From: Nemertoderma westbladi
Lineage: Eukaryota; Animalia; Xenacoelomorpha
Length of the DNA: 42,515 nt
Direction: 5' to 3'
Assembly (NCBI GenBank): GCA_032718475.1
Contig: JAUCBJ010006395.1
Location: forward strand, 1-42,515
Every line of letters begins with the position of its first letter. Positions within the stretch are counted from its first letter, which is position 1. This document shows, in pieces, positions 1 to 12,780 of this stretch. The notes under the pieces are model-generated. The model was not told the DNA's origin. It ran no database searches and saw only the letters and a program-made list of their open reading frames with translations. Position numbers and translations under genes: made by a program.

Positions 1-137
1 AGGTGGTGGGCAGGTTGAAGGTAGAGGCGCTGCTCCAGTCGATGGAAAAGAGAGAGGCAGTGGTGGGAAAGTACATATGTGTTTAATTCCATTCTAAAAC
101 TAACCTTGCTGTAGATTCCGGACAAGATGACGAAACA

Positions 138-910
138 GTGAACAGAGCCAATGTTGGGCAAATCAACCTTCCTCAATCTAAGAAAGATTATATTAAGGAG
201 AGTAATTTGAAAGACCAACAGAAGGAATCCAAAGCTACAGGTGAGCAGAAATGTATTCAGTGTACAGGACCACACCCCCTATACAAATTTGAACATTTTC
301 TTGCCATGACACTAGATCAACGAAGAGATTATTGTAAGGTTCAAGGTCTTTGTTATAATTGCTTATCAAATATGCACAGGAAATCCCAATGTAAAAATAA
401 AAATAAATGTCGCAAGTGTGGTCGAAGCCATCATACCATACTTCATAAACTGGAGATGTCAAGTAATGACCAGAAGCACTTTGAAACTAAAGTAAATGCA
501 GTCTCTTCTGATACTGATGATGACAAAATGAATTCAAGTGAATTTGACTCTGAGGGTGAAATGTCGGACTCCTCTTCAATTGTAATCTGTCGTATTCACA
601 GAGGGGGCCAAGTAGTTCGTGAATTTCCAATTCTTACCCTGAAGATCACTGGCGACAAGTCATCTTGCATTGTTCATGCACTTATTGACACTGGCAGTTC
701 ATCTTCATTCCTGGATAGTACAATATTCGACCAGGTATTTTCTGATCACACTGCTGCAAAACTTCGCTTGACAGTTGTCTCTTGGCGTAAGGAAATTAGT
801 ACAGTGGTAGCTAAGGCTAACCTAAGTCCAGCTCTAAGTAGTTTTAATGGACAGACGGCCAAAAATGTAAAGTTTATCCGTATGGAGGAATTAGCTGATT
901 CATCATTGGA
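138..910 (+). mobile_element. BEL/Pao retrotransposon relic: gag zinc knuckles plus aspartic protease, truncated
   Basis: Translation shows the triple Cys/His knuckles typical of BEL/Pao gag (CIQCTGPH, CYNCLSNMH, CRKCGRSHHTILH), followed by the protease motif ALIDTGS. Similarity stops near 910, where a different element begins. It is a separate element from the minus-strand BEL/Pao downstream. Confidence 0.8.
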
Positions 911-912
911 TT

Positions 913-1063
913 CTTCTCCCCAGCAGCGGCTCCATGGACTGACCACCGAAAAGGGCGCTTCCATCTGGCTCAACACCAAGCCACTCATCCTCCAGGACAC
1001 CCACCTGGACAAGGGTGAATTCAGGGATCCCTGTGCCTCCGTTATGGGTGGATGCCAAGTCAC
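913..1063 (+). mobile_element. CRE-like REL-type non-LTR retrotransposon fragment, upstream half
   Basis: QRLHGLTTEKGASIWLNTKPL...LDKGEFRD and, after a frameshift, LCLRYGWMPSH match the post-RT region of CRE-like elements. It continues directly at 15276 once the BEL/Pao insertion is removed. The 5' boundary is approximate. Confidence 0.75.
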
Positions 1064-1235
1064 TGTGTACGCTAAAACAAGCCGACAACCCGCGACATCG
1101 CGGGGTGTGAACTAAGAGGATTCTTTGTGGGGGTTGGGGGGGGGGGGGGGGGGGGGGGGAAGGGTAAGGTTTATAGAGACACACTTTGGTTAGGATGGGG
1201 ACGTGGGGGACTACAGAGGCGCCAGCGAGATCGGC

Positions 1236-4093
1236 AGATAAGCTTTCTCTTAGCGCAGTGGGTGTTCAAGAGCACCGAATGCAGACTGGACAGACTGATG
1301 AGGTTGTGATTAAGGACATGGGGGGCGGTTGGCGACTCGCCCTCGCATCAGCAGATGATAGTGGCAATGGTGGAATTGGTCTATTGATGAATCCAACTGC
1401 ACATGCAGCATTGGACAAAATAGACCAAATCTCTAACCGCATCATCCGTTGCCACTTCTCATGTTCTGGAAGACTGGCTAAGAAGTTTCCTAAGGTGGTT
1501 CTGATTGTGTGCTACTCTCCAACTAGTGTTGCCCCTGTAGAGGAGGTGGAAAATTTCTACCACAATCTACAAGCAGCTACTGATGGAGTGGATCAGCATG
1601 CATTCTTAACATTCCTGGGGGACTTTAATGCAAGTCTGCATCAATCACCTACATCGCCCTGGGTCTATAGCAATAGTGTTAACCGAAATTCTGTCCATCT
1701 TCAGGATTTTATCTCTGGAAATGGATTGTTTTCGGCTGGAACCCAGTTCAAGAAGCGAACTGGAAAGCTATGGACTCATAGTGGACCCAGTGGTCACAAG
1801 TCCCAGATAGACCATATTCTGTTTCGTAGGAAATACAGGAGCTCTATACAAGACTGTAATGCATTTACACTTCGACCCTTCTCCAGTGACCACCGCCTTA
1901 TTGTGGCCAAGGTAAGACTCAGTCTGCGTGCTAGCAGAACAACGAAATCTGCCTTGCCGCGGCATGACTGGTCTTCTCTGTTGCAACAGCCAAGTGTGAG
2001 ATCCAGCTTCACACTACAGCTGAGTAACAGGTATGAGGCTCTTGCCTCTGAGGCGGCAGATCACTGTGAGGGCTATACTGCCTTTACAGAAGCAGTTAAG
2101 TTAGCAGCTGCAGAAACAGTTCCTGTATACCCTCGAAACAGGAAAAGGGCCCCCTGGACTGACAACAAAATTCAAAAGTGCCGAAACGACCTTCATAAGG
2201 CGCAGAAAGAGTCCCGACTCAAACAGACTTTAGCGGCCAAGAATGCAGTTAAGGCTGCATCTAGGTCCCTGAACAGGCAATACTCTGTTAATCTACAGGA
2301 GCTAATAAACCAACAGGTTGATGCCATCAATGATGCTGACGACAGCAGGCAATCATCCCAGGCATGGAAATCGATCAATCTGCTTACTGGGCGGAAAAGC
2401 CAACCAACCACCAAGGTTAAGGCTGAATCACCAGCCGATCGCCTCAATGGTTGGAAAGCCCACTTTGAAAAGCTCCTCAATAATGACAGGGTATTGCCAG
2501 ATAACTTTATAGAAGTAAAAGTGTCTGAGTCTGTACTCCCAGATATTCCCATTGGCGATATCTCCTTTGCAGAAGTGAAGGCTGCTGCAAAGAGCATTAA
2601 GACCAATCGTGCCAGTGGAGTAGATGGTGTTCCCCCTGAGGTCTTTAAAATACCTGAGTGTTTAAAGCTCATCTATCCCATCATAGTAGACATGTATCGA
2701 ACAACAAATCGAACAACAAGAGTCCCACAAGAAATGAAAACAAATTAGTTGGTACAAGTTCCCAAGAAGGGCAACCTAACACTCTATGGTTCTTTTCGGG
2801 CAATCTCATTGATCTCGATTGCTGCAAAGCTATACAATAGGATTCTATTAAATCGCATCAGGGATCCCATTGAGAGACTGCTCCGTGGAAATCAGAATGG
2901 GTTCCGTAAAGGTCGTGGGACCATGGAGCCCATTTTGGCACTTAGAAGGATAATTGAAGAATTATCAAAAAAGAAAGACAGGCATATCTGGCTGTTATCT
3001 TTGTTGACTTCTTCAAGTGCTTTGATTCAGTCTCTCGCTCACGTATGTTCAGCATACTTTCATTATATGGGATTCCTGATGAAATTATTGCAGCAATCAG
3101 ATCAGTATACGATGGTTCGACAACATTTGTGTCTACTGTTGACGGTAACACAGAACCATTTGAAGTGTTATGGGGCGTCCTCCAAGGAGACACACTTGCA
3201 CCATTCTTGTTCATTATTGTGGTTGACTATGTTCTACGCATGTCCTTAGATCATCATAATGATGATGGGGTGATGATAACTCCACCTACTGGCTCCAGAA
3301 GTCGAGGAAAACCTGCCAAGTAGCTAACTGATCTAGACTTTGCTGATGACTTAGGAGTACTCTCAGAATCATTAGAGGGAGCCCAACGGCTTCTCAGCTC
3401 ATTAGAACATGCTGCTTCTAGTGTTGGTCTTTTTATTAACTCCAGAAAGACCAAAATTTTGACAGTTAACTTTGAAAGTCCTCAGCAAGTCTCTGATCGG
3501 ATGAGCATAAGCTCAAAAGATGGTATGCTTGAGCATGTGGACGACTTCTGTTACCTGGGATCATGGATCCGGAAGTCAGGTGAGGACCTTCGAATACGTA
3601 AGGGAAAGGCATGGGCAGCCTTGAATAGGCTTTCCAGGATTTGGAAGTCACCGAGAATTAATCGGAAACTTAAGGTCCGATTATTTAGAGCAGCAGTAGT
3701 TCCAGTACTCCTCTACGGGAGTCCATGCTGGGCTCTAACTGCTGAGGACACCAAATCTCTGGATGGCACATTCACAAGAATGCTACGCCGGGTTCATTGT
3801 GTCAAGTACAATGCACACATCTCCAACCAGACACTATATAACATTGGATGTGTCTCATTGGTTCCCCCAAGCTTGACACTAGAACAAAATCGCCTCCGCT
3901 TTGCAGGACATTGCTTTCGCCGTGAGGACCAGCCAGGAAGGCCAGGACACTGGCCTTAAAGATGCGGATGATCTAGCAAATGTCATGGGTGATAGGGAGT
4001 TGTGGCGGTGCAATTTTGTTGACAAGCCGGCACAGCATTCCTAAAAATGCAGCTGCAATGCAGCATGCCGATACTACTAGTAGTAGTAGTAGT
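1236..4093 (+). mobile_element. 5'-truncated RTE-clade LINE (APE endonuclease + reverse transcriptase), disrupted
   Basis: APE motifs VGVQE, YSPT, GDFNA, IDHIL, SDH; RT motifs QNGFRKGR, GVLQGDTLAPFLF, LDFADD, FCYLGS. (TAG)n tail and 12-bp TSD AGCGAGATCGGC at 1224-1235 and 4094-4105; the empty site is visible in the other LTR. Stops at 2746 and 3321 plus frameshifts. Confidence 0.92.
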
Positions 4094-4235
4094 AGCGAGA
4101 TCGGCCGACAACAAAGGTAGGGCCGTTAGCTGACAGTATCTGACAGAGTGGTAGGGATGTAGATAAAATAAATAAGGTGTGGCAATAAAATAAAGTTATA
4201 AAAAGATAAGGTTATAAAAACAATCATATAAAGTT

Positions 4236-5455
4236 ATGTGGGGCGAGCCACGAAGTGAGTGAGCCTTAGCGTAGGGGTACCATTAATCAACCTGTCGTTC
4301 TGTCGCGTTTTTTTTCAGTATTTTATTTTAAACGTTAATAACTCGGCCAATCCTTGATGAAATCTATCCAAACTTGGTTCACATGTTGTTTGGCAAAAGT
4401 TTGAAAATTTTCCAAGTAGAATTTGCGTGGGGCCTTCGTGCAGCATCAGTGTAACTGTTATTGCAGTTATAATAAATTTATTTATCCAAATTTAAAATGC
4501 GTTAAATTATTATTACTGTAGGATAAATCAGCTGGGTTTCTGACAAATTTTGCAATACATACATTTCCAATCTGCATGTACCATGTGTACCGGTACTGTC
4601 AGGCTGTACTCAATCCCTGAATCGAGAATCCTGCAATCAGTCAATACTGCAATACTGGTCAGCCGGTACCATACACTGCAGACATGCCATATCATGTAAT
4701 CTAATTAAACATGGCCCCGGAAACCCTTGCGGTGATTATAGTTTAGGCCTAATTAGCCCAGTACCGGCACCGGTAATAATAATATAATAGTTTAGATAGT
4801 TACCGCTAATCATTCAGTCATTGCTGCATTGGCACGGTACACCGTATTGCTGTACTGCCGTTGTAGTGCGCACCGTAGGTACCACCCTACTACCGGTACC
4901 GACTGACCGTTGGCAACTAGCACTTCAGCACTTTCACAGCAACAGCACTACCGGCGATATACAGGTTGGAATTTATGTAGAGTTTGCTCAACAGTACAGA
5001 TATAAAATAGTTATCTAAATTATATATATTACTATTGACAAGTATTGAAATATATACCGTTATTCGTGTTATCAGTATTTGCAACATCTGACATTGAAGA
5101 GGTGAGAGAAGATGAATACCGGCACTCAACAAAACCAACGCTTATCACAGGTCGGTATGGTTACCTCGAAACTGTCCGCGACTGTCCACTCGAATACAAC
5201 TTTAAAACACAAACGCCAACAATAAACTGAAAGCGAATCGAACGTCTTCAGAAGAATCTGTCATTGGGACGAAGAAATGGAAGCCGAAACCACGGGAATG
5301 GACCACAGCTAAGATTGAATGCTCCCATTGTCAGAGCTCTTGGACCGAAATTGAAACACCAATTGCCGATGGGCTTGATCTCTCAAACCAAAACTTCCTC
5401 TGCGGGGTTTGCGCGGCAGTAAAGATTGATAGTCTGGAAGCTGGCATACCACTAG
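4236..5455 (+). mobile_element. Composite foreign segment: DINE/Helentron-like end plus a probable LINE ORF1 relic
   Basis: Absent from the 5' LTR. It starts ATGTGGGGCGAGCCACGAAG, a terminus also seen inverted near 28885-28925. 5251-5445 reads ...KIECSHCQ...NFLCGVCAAVKIDSLE, a CxxC/CxxC motif resembling CR1/L2 ORF1 N-termini. Confidence 0.5.
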
Positions 5456-5716
5456 AAATACCACTAGAAACTCACCAAACATTAAATCAAATATTCCCTA
5501 ATAAATACATATTCTATTAAATACATTTAACTTTAGCATAAATAAATATAATAAACCAATGTAAGATACTTTATGGAGATAATTCAACTAAATAATCAAC
5601 AATATTAACATAAAAATATGATGCCTAAATCACTATAATATTATCAAATAAATTAATGCAAGATAATATGACGTTACGCAATTCACAAACGTTCTATATA
5701 AGCTCCAGTCGCGACA

Positions 5717-5725
5717 GTCCCCCCG
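5717..5725 (-). other. Polypurine tract of the BEL/Pao element
   Basis: The minus strand reads CGGGGGGAC immediately before the 3' LTR start TGTCGCG. Confidence 0.8.
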
Positions 5726-5950
5726 TCAATATGACTCCCTGACTGCCTCGAGCAGGCAGATCCTTGCGACTGGAGTAAACTTCCCTTAGCCCGCCAGAGG
5801 GGGCGGATGTCCGTCTACTGAATGATAACGGCGCTCCCGCTCCTGGATGCCGGTTCCCCACTACCGACACATTCGCGGCTTAAGTGGGTCGATCCGGGCG
5901 ATGGGTGCCTATCATCCAGTTTCGTGCGAGTTCCACCCCTCCCCCCCCCC

Positions 5951-8900
5951 TCAACATGAGTCCTCCACTGCCTTGAGCAGGCAGATTTTTACGACTGGCC
6001 TCTCATAAACTCTCTTGTGAGTTCGAACTTCTCGCTGCTCGGACACGCCCATCCTTCCTGTAGAGCAGTCTCCTGATCCGCCCCAGGACATATTGGTTCC
6101 GCAGCGAGTTCTCGCCCATGACCTGCACTAAGTCCCCTTTTCTCAAGTTTCGGACCTCCCGCTGCCACTTCGCGCAGCACGAGAACGTCGGGAGGTACTC
6201 CCGGATCCAACGCTCCCAGAACCTGTCGGCGATGCGCCTGGACCTGCCGCCAACGTTTCTTCAATAGGAGATCTTTGGAAGTAAAATCCCCTGGACAGAC
6301 GTGGACGTAACGGTGTCCCATGAGGAAGTGTGCTGGCATCAGGGCCTCTAAGTCATCGCTCATGGGTGTCAATGGGTGATTATTAAGGAACAGCGCGCAT
6401 CGTGAGCCATGTAAAGAAAGAGGCATCCGTACCTCTTTAACGTCGACCGTCCCTGGATAACCGGAATGGGCCCCCAGTAATCCACCCCACAATGATGGAA
6501 CGGGGGTGTATGGCTATCGATACGCCCCCGTGGCAGCGCGGCCATCAACGGAACCTCGGGTTTACGCGTCCATCACTGTCGACATGGTATGCAACTGTGA
6601 ATTATCTTCCGCACAGCAGAACGTCCCTTCGTCACCCAATACTTCTCCTGCACAGCCGCCAGGAGCTGATTCCCGCCCCCGTGTCCCATCCGAAGGTGCA
6701 AATCCCAGACAACCAGCCGCGCCAACGGGCTATCATGGCGCAGTATAGCGGGATGCTTCGCATGGAATGGGATCGAGGCGGTTGTACACAAACCGCAGCA
6801 TCCACGCAAGACGCCTCACTACTGCAGAATAAATTGAGAATCGTTTCAGTTCTATCAGCGGCTTCACAACGCGAGTCACAAGGACAGACCCGCCACGCTT
6901 CAACTCGGGATCATCGTCGGAAAGTTCTGGAATCTCCGACCCCGCCGGCCAGGCATCACCCTGCAGGAACGCAGGCCCCTGAAACCAACGACTTTCAGCT
7001 CGTAAGTCCTCACACGCAGGCCACGCATCCCATCATCCGCGGGGTTCAACACCCCCGGAACGTGTCTCCACTGGACCGCCGTCGATTCCTCCGTGATCTC
7101 AGCGATCCGCGAGGCCACGAATGGCAGTAACCGCCGCGAATGGTTCCGGATGTAGGCGATAACCGTCGTGGAGTCAGACCAGTAGAATGCGCCATCGAGT
7201 TCTAACCCAACTTCAGTTTGAACAGTACGAGAGAGTCGCACAGCTAATACAGCCCCTTGCAGCTCCAACCGAACGATAGTTAGCTGTTTAATTGGCGCCA
7301 ACCGCCCCTTGCCCATCACGAATGCGCACGCCACAATCCCACTCTCGTAGACCATACGCAGGTACGCCACCGCAGCGAACCCTGCTTCTGATGCATCGCA
7401 GAAGAGGTGCAGTTGCCTAGCAACCAGCATGTCCCCCAGTCCGTAACTTCGAGGAATCCTCAGGCTCGAGATCCCTCTCATCGCAACTCGCCACTGCTCG
7501 AACTCCTCCTGTAGTTCATCGGGAACCAGTGTATCCCATCCGCACTTCAGTATCCACAGTTTCTGTAGTATCAACTTGGCGAAGAACATCACTGGAAGAA
7601 TGAACCCAAGTGGATCGAACACGGAATACAACACAGAGAGCATCTCGTGTTTGGTAGTTGCTTCCTCCACCTCGGGGAAACTGAAAGCGATTTCGTCGAC
7701 TTCCGTATCCCAACGCACCCCCAGAGTCTGAACCACAGGGAGGGTTCCTACTTCAAGATCGAGCGAGGAATCCACCCGCTCCGCCGGAGGTATCGACCGC
7801 AAAACCTCCCGCGAGTTACTCGACCACTTCGTCAGACGGAAGCTGCCAGCTGCCAAAGTACCGATAAGTTCACCGATAAGTTTCTTTGCATCCTTGACCC
7901 CGTGTACAGAGTCAACGAGATCGTCGGAGTAGAAAGAGTTCTTCACCGCACGTGCAACCTCCGGAGGGCAACCCGGTTCCTCCGCGCACGTCGTCATCGC
8001 ATCGATCGCACATGCCTGCGAACTGATGACCCCAAACACATGCAACGTCATCTGGTACGTGATTGGCGGACCCTGTTCCGCATTGTCCCGCCATAGGAAT
8101 CGAAGCGACCGCTGATCCTGAACCAGGACTTTCACCCAGAGGTACATCGCCTTCATATCCACCGTGAAGGCAATGAATGGCATAGCGATGGAACCAGACT
8201 AGAACGCCAACTATTGAGTTCAATACAGCCAGCCAGAATAGAGTTTGCTGTTCAATGAGACGCCACGGTACACCGCTGCTGCATCGAAGACGACTCGAAC
8301 CTTCCCGGGCTTGTTTGGGTCCTGCACCCCGTGGTGAGGCAGGTAGTTGTCCCGCGTGTTGGGATTCCGCAACTCCTCCTCCATCGCCCGACGTGTGTAC
8401 CCGTTCTCGAAGTAAGAGTTAATAGTTTCTCGGTACATATTTTCCAACTCGGGATCTTTTCCCAACTTCCTCTCCAGAGATAACAGCCTGACGAAACGCG
8501 CCAGCCCGGTTGCCAGGGAACCTAGGAGGATCCTCAATCCACAGCATCGCAACTTCGAAGCTTCCATCCTCCAGTCGATTCTTCCCTTCCTTATTCAGTT
8601 GGATTGCCTTCCGATCGATCATCTTGAGACGTCGGTCTCTGTATGTCAACCGAGACTCCGAAGCACTCCGTCGTCCAGAAACGTTGCAACTGTTGGGACA
8701 CTTGTTCCTCCATACCATCCTTACACAACAGGTTCACCTTCCATTTTCGCTCCACCCTATTCTCATCTGTTTGGCCACCCAGAGTCACTGGACCATACAC
8801 AGACAACCCGAACACTGAACGCACTGCATAGGGCTGACTCTTACGACCAAGCACTGACTCCCTGCTCTCCACCAATGCTGGGTCCCTTGCTCCCAACAGA

Positions 8901-11755
8901 ACTGTCACCTTTGAATAGTCGATCCCCTCGGGCAACGGCAGATCCGCTAAATACAGATACCTCTCCTTCACACTTGCCATGCTCAACCTCAGGGATGACA
9001 TATTAATTTTCGGGATAGTCCACGCCTCGTCCACCTGGTAGACCCTCGACCCATCACACACCCCAACCGAGAATGACACCAACATGGCGGGCCTAGCACT
9101 CCCGTCATGTTCCACCGACCCAATCGTCAGCTCCTCAGTAGGTCCATGTAAACCCAATCGCTCTGCCAACCCATCCTCGACCAGAGTCAACTCACTGCAT
9201 GGATCCAACACTGCGTATGTATCCTCAACTCAGCCATCTACGCTATACATCCGCACCGACACAACTCGTAATAATACTACCTCTCGGGCCCTGTCACTCA
9301 GCTGCAAACTCAATACTGCTCAACTCACCCCTACCTTCTCTGATCCACCCATCGACTGTACCGATACAACTCCCAACTCGTTTCTCTCGCGCAGGGCAAC
9401 TCTACCCTGACTCACTGCACTCCGCTCAGCTATACGCCCAACTTCTGGAATCAATGCCCAATGCAGTAATGTACTGTGCTTCTTACTACACTTTTGGGCA
9501 TTAAACCTCCACAGGCTGTTACACTTGTCCACTTGTCCTGGACCTAGGCAATTTGTGCATAACTGCTTCTCTGTAACGGTAGCTAACCTTTCCTTGTGCT
9601 TCAATGCCTTGTACTCACTACACTAAAACACTGTATATGTACCACCGCAATAAGCACAGACAATCAACTCTTGGTTCTGCTACCGGTACCTTCGTACCTG
9701 TACCCTTTTCACTCTCAGACGTCCTGTCCTGCATACCTGATTACTGGAAGGCCTACCAGTACCGATACTCTCAGCCGCACTGTCCATCTGCATACTGGAT
9801 TTAAACACCGAAGCATTCCTGCGATTGAAGTCACCACCTTTCTTCCCACTACTAGCGCCATATTTCTCCCCCTCTTTACTATAGCCCGACGTGACTTCAG
9901 ATAATTCAATAGTGCTGGGTTCAAACGATGCCTTGACTCGCCTTCTCAACCAACTCTCCATACTCATAAGTGAAGGCTCATTACCCCCCTTCCCTAATAA
10001 TCAGGCACTGCTCTCTCCACCTTCTCTGCAGATAAGCCAGTAACCTTAGATACACCTTACGCAATATCTCAGCTGAGTGTAAGTCAGCCACATTGTTCAT
10101 CTGATCCAAAGTATACACACACAGAGTAATGTTTGATAACAGTTGTCTCAGACCCAGCCTATCCAACTCTGCTACCTGTCTTCCATCCGTAACAGTACCA
10201 ATGAAAACGCATGAAATAATTGCTGGATGAGCAAACATCTCTTTCAAGGTTTTCCAAACAACCGCATAGGCTCGGCCATTACAACCGAAACCCGACACTG
10301 CACGTTTCGCCTCCCCATCCAGCTGCCCTTGCAACATCGCTAACCGTCTAGAATCAGTGTAATGCACCCTCGTATGCACAAGTTCATGGAACCGCTCAAC
10401 ACACTGTGGCCACCCTACAGGGTCACCACTAAACCGCAGTAGGTGGATATCTGGTACACCCCCCTCATCACTCAAACACAGTAGGGCAACCTCAACACCA
10501 CATCCTCCAGGAGTCTCTGGGTCCGGAATAATGGTCTTCTCCTTCTACTAACTCATCTATCCAATCATCCAACGCCCTATGTGTTCCTACAGGATGGCCT
10601 CCTCTCACCCCACTCTCACCCCTAGACCCTGTGCCTCCCTCAGAAACACGTCTACTCCTCACTCCCTCATCAACCCTCCGACTCCCATGACCAGGATCTC
10701 TGTCTCTGTCCCATCATCTATCGCTCAACCCAGTCTCACCCTGCGGAGCACAACCTCCATCCACTCTATCCCGACTACCCTGCTCTGAAACAGGTTCCTG
10801 TTTGCTTTCCACAGGCCAAGCATCACCCTGCAGGCCCCCCATATCAACTCTTGCACCCGAATGCACAGGAACCTGTTCCACTTTCTCCCTTCCCAGCCAA
10901 ACACCCCCCTGTTGAAATACAGATCTTCTCTCAATCCTTGCTTGTACAACCCAGCTTCATAAGCTTTCTCTGCATGTTCCCATGCTAACACCTCTTCCCG
11001 CTCTTCCCATTGCACCCTTCTCTCCTCTATTCTCTCCTCTACTCTTGCTTTTCTCCTCTCCTCGCCTCTACTCTCACTTTTCTCCTCTCCTCTCTCGCAA
11101 TCTCTTTCTTCTTACGCAATTCCTTCTCTACTTCTAACCGCTCAACCTCCCTCTTTCTGTCTACTTCTATCCATTCAACCTCCCTCTTTCTACAAGCGCA
11201 TTCTTTCTGTAACCGAAACTCAGCCATCTTCGCTTCCCCCTCTAGCCTTCTCGCCTCAGACATACCACTATATCCCAAAGCCCGTGAACTTCCTTTCACC
11301 ACTTTGCCCGTATGGACCGACCTACCACTCTCCTTACTGTATATAGACAGAGTCCCACTACCTTTTCCTGTTACTCTCCGTACACTAATACATCCCAATG
11401 TATCCTTGTGTGCCACAATTCTCCTTCGAGCCTCCTCATATGTGCCCGCAATCCATCCTCGTTCTCCAGGTGTAATATCCCCACTCAAATACGCAGCTTT
11501 CACCCGCGATCCTGCCTGTCCCAACAACCGGCTCAAACTATCCGCACCAGCTACCGCATCTACACCTCCCCCTCCAGCGATGAATGCCTGCACCTCATCC
11601 TCAACTTTCTCCAACTTCTCCAATTCCACCTTAAACCTATCCATGGGCCTCACTTCCTCACTCTGTCCACCTGCCGGTACACACACACTCGCTACCCTCT
11701 GCGCAATAGTTGGCCCAGAATTATCAGGGGACGACACATCTTCACTATTATCCAT
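5951..11755 (-). pseudogene. BEL/Pao gag-pol polyprotein, frameshifted, with integrase core deleted
   Basis: Gag FSGDPVGW...LQGQLDGEAK (10475-9981), knuckles CTNCL/CSKKHSTLLH, protease VLDPCS, RT YLPHHGV...KVRVVFDAA and FYSDDL, RNase H LHLFCDASE/FYWSDS, integrase HHCC and GVDYWGP, C-terminal RPVVKICLL. Many stops and frameshifts. Confidence 0.92.
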
Positions 11756-11818
11756 GACACACTTGTGTAGTACAAGAAACAGTCACTCACCAATCTTAAA
11801 CCACAACCCCACACTAAT

Positions 11819-11836
11819 ATCCGGTTCGAAGGACCA
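11819..11836 (-). promoter_or_regulatory. Primer binding site, tRNA-Tyr type
   Basis: The minus strand reads TGGTCCTTCGAACCGGAT directly after the 5' LTR CA end. This is complementary (0-1 mismatch) to the metazoan tRNA-Tyr 3' end, a primer commonly used by BEL/Pao elements. Confidence 0.85.
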
Positions 11837-12780
11837 TGTGCGCGCTAAAACACGCCGACAACCCACGACATTGCGGGGTGTGAACTAAGAGGATTCTTTG
11901 TGGGGGTTGGGGGGGAAGGGTAAGATTTATAGAGCCACACTTTGGTTAGGATGGGGACGTGTGGGACTACAGAGGCGCCAGCGAGATCGGCCGACAACAA
12001 AAGTAGGGCCGTGAGCTGACAGTATCTGACAGAGTGGTAGGGATGTAGATAAAATAAATAAGGTGTGGCAATAAAATAAAGTTATAAAAAGATAAGGTTA
12101 TAAAAACAATCATATAAAGTTCTGTATATTTACGTACTTAACGTTATCATGGTTTACAATACGATGTTACAATCAGTAAAAATATTATGACAATATAGTG
12201 AATATAATATAAATAATTAAGGCATAATAATAAACGCATAATCAACCGCAATATAAATTGCCCAAACTATGTCGCTAAAATAATAATAATAATAAAATCA
12301 TCCTTCTGCTTGGCTGGCGTTCCGTAGGCTACTGAAGAAATGAAACCCAGAATATCGGTTTATATACAACAAATCCAACCCAATATTATCTACTGAAAAT
12401 GTGTTAATTAATAACCGAGCAATAAACTGCACTGTTACACCTACAAACATTCGGGCTGGCTATAACCAGTTTGACCTTTACGACAATAGAGTAATACAAC
12501 TGAGTGCATCTCCACATAAAGAACTATAGATACAATAACAAGCGAAGCAAACACACCACAAAGGCACTCCAATATACCCGCTCACTCTCTATCCCCAGAA
12601 GGAAAATATTGGCCCCCAGATTACTCCATACAACCAACAAAGGCTAATAATGATTAAATTCAATGTAACTACAACACAAAATAATCTATACTCAACTAAC
12701 GCAATAATTACGAAGCCTACACCAAGCAATAATATTACTGCCAAATACCACTAGAAACTCACCAAACATTAAATCAAATA

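Larger units (their letters stand above)
1064..5716 (-). repeat. 3' LTR, interrupted by an RTE LINE and a 1.2-kb replacement
   Basis: 1064-1235, 4094-4235 and 5456-5716 align with the other LTR (11837-12121, 12743-12780, 15048-15270). Confidence 0.92.

Noticed and set aside
71-114. 44-nt intron-like stretch GT...CTAAC...TAG before the gag ORF
   Set aside because: Splicing does not produce a longer open frame; a single nonsense codon at 84-86 in the gag frame is the simpler explanation.
138-1115. The 325-aa ORF as a single fusion gene
   Set aside because: It is chance read-through across three unrelated pieces (gag-protease, CRE-like fragment, LTR); nothing indicates selection.
6492-11888. 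Plus-strand ORFs of 100-290 aa
   Set aside because: They are antisense shadows of the minus-strand gag-pol with biased composition and no motifs.
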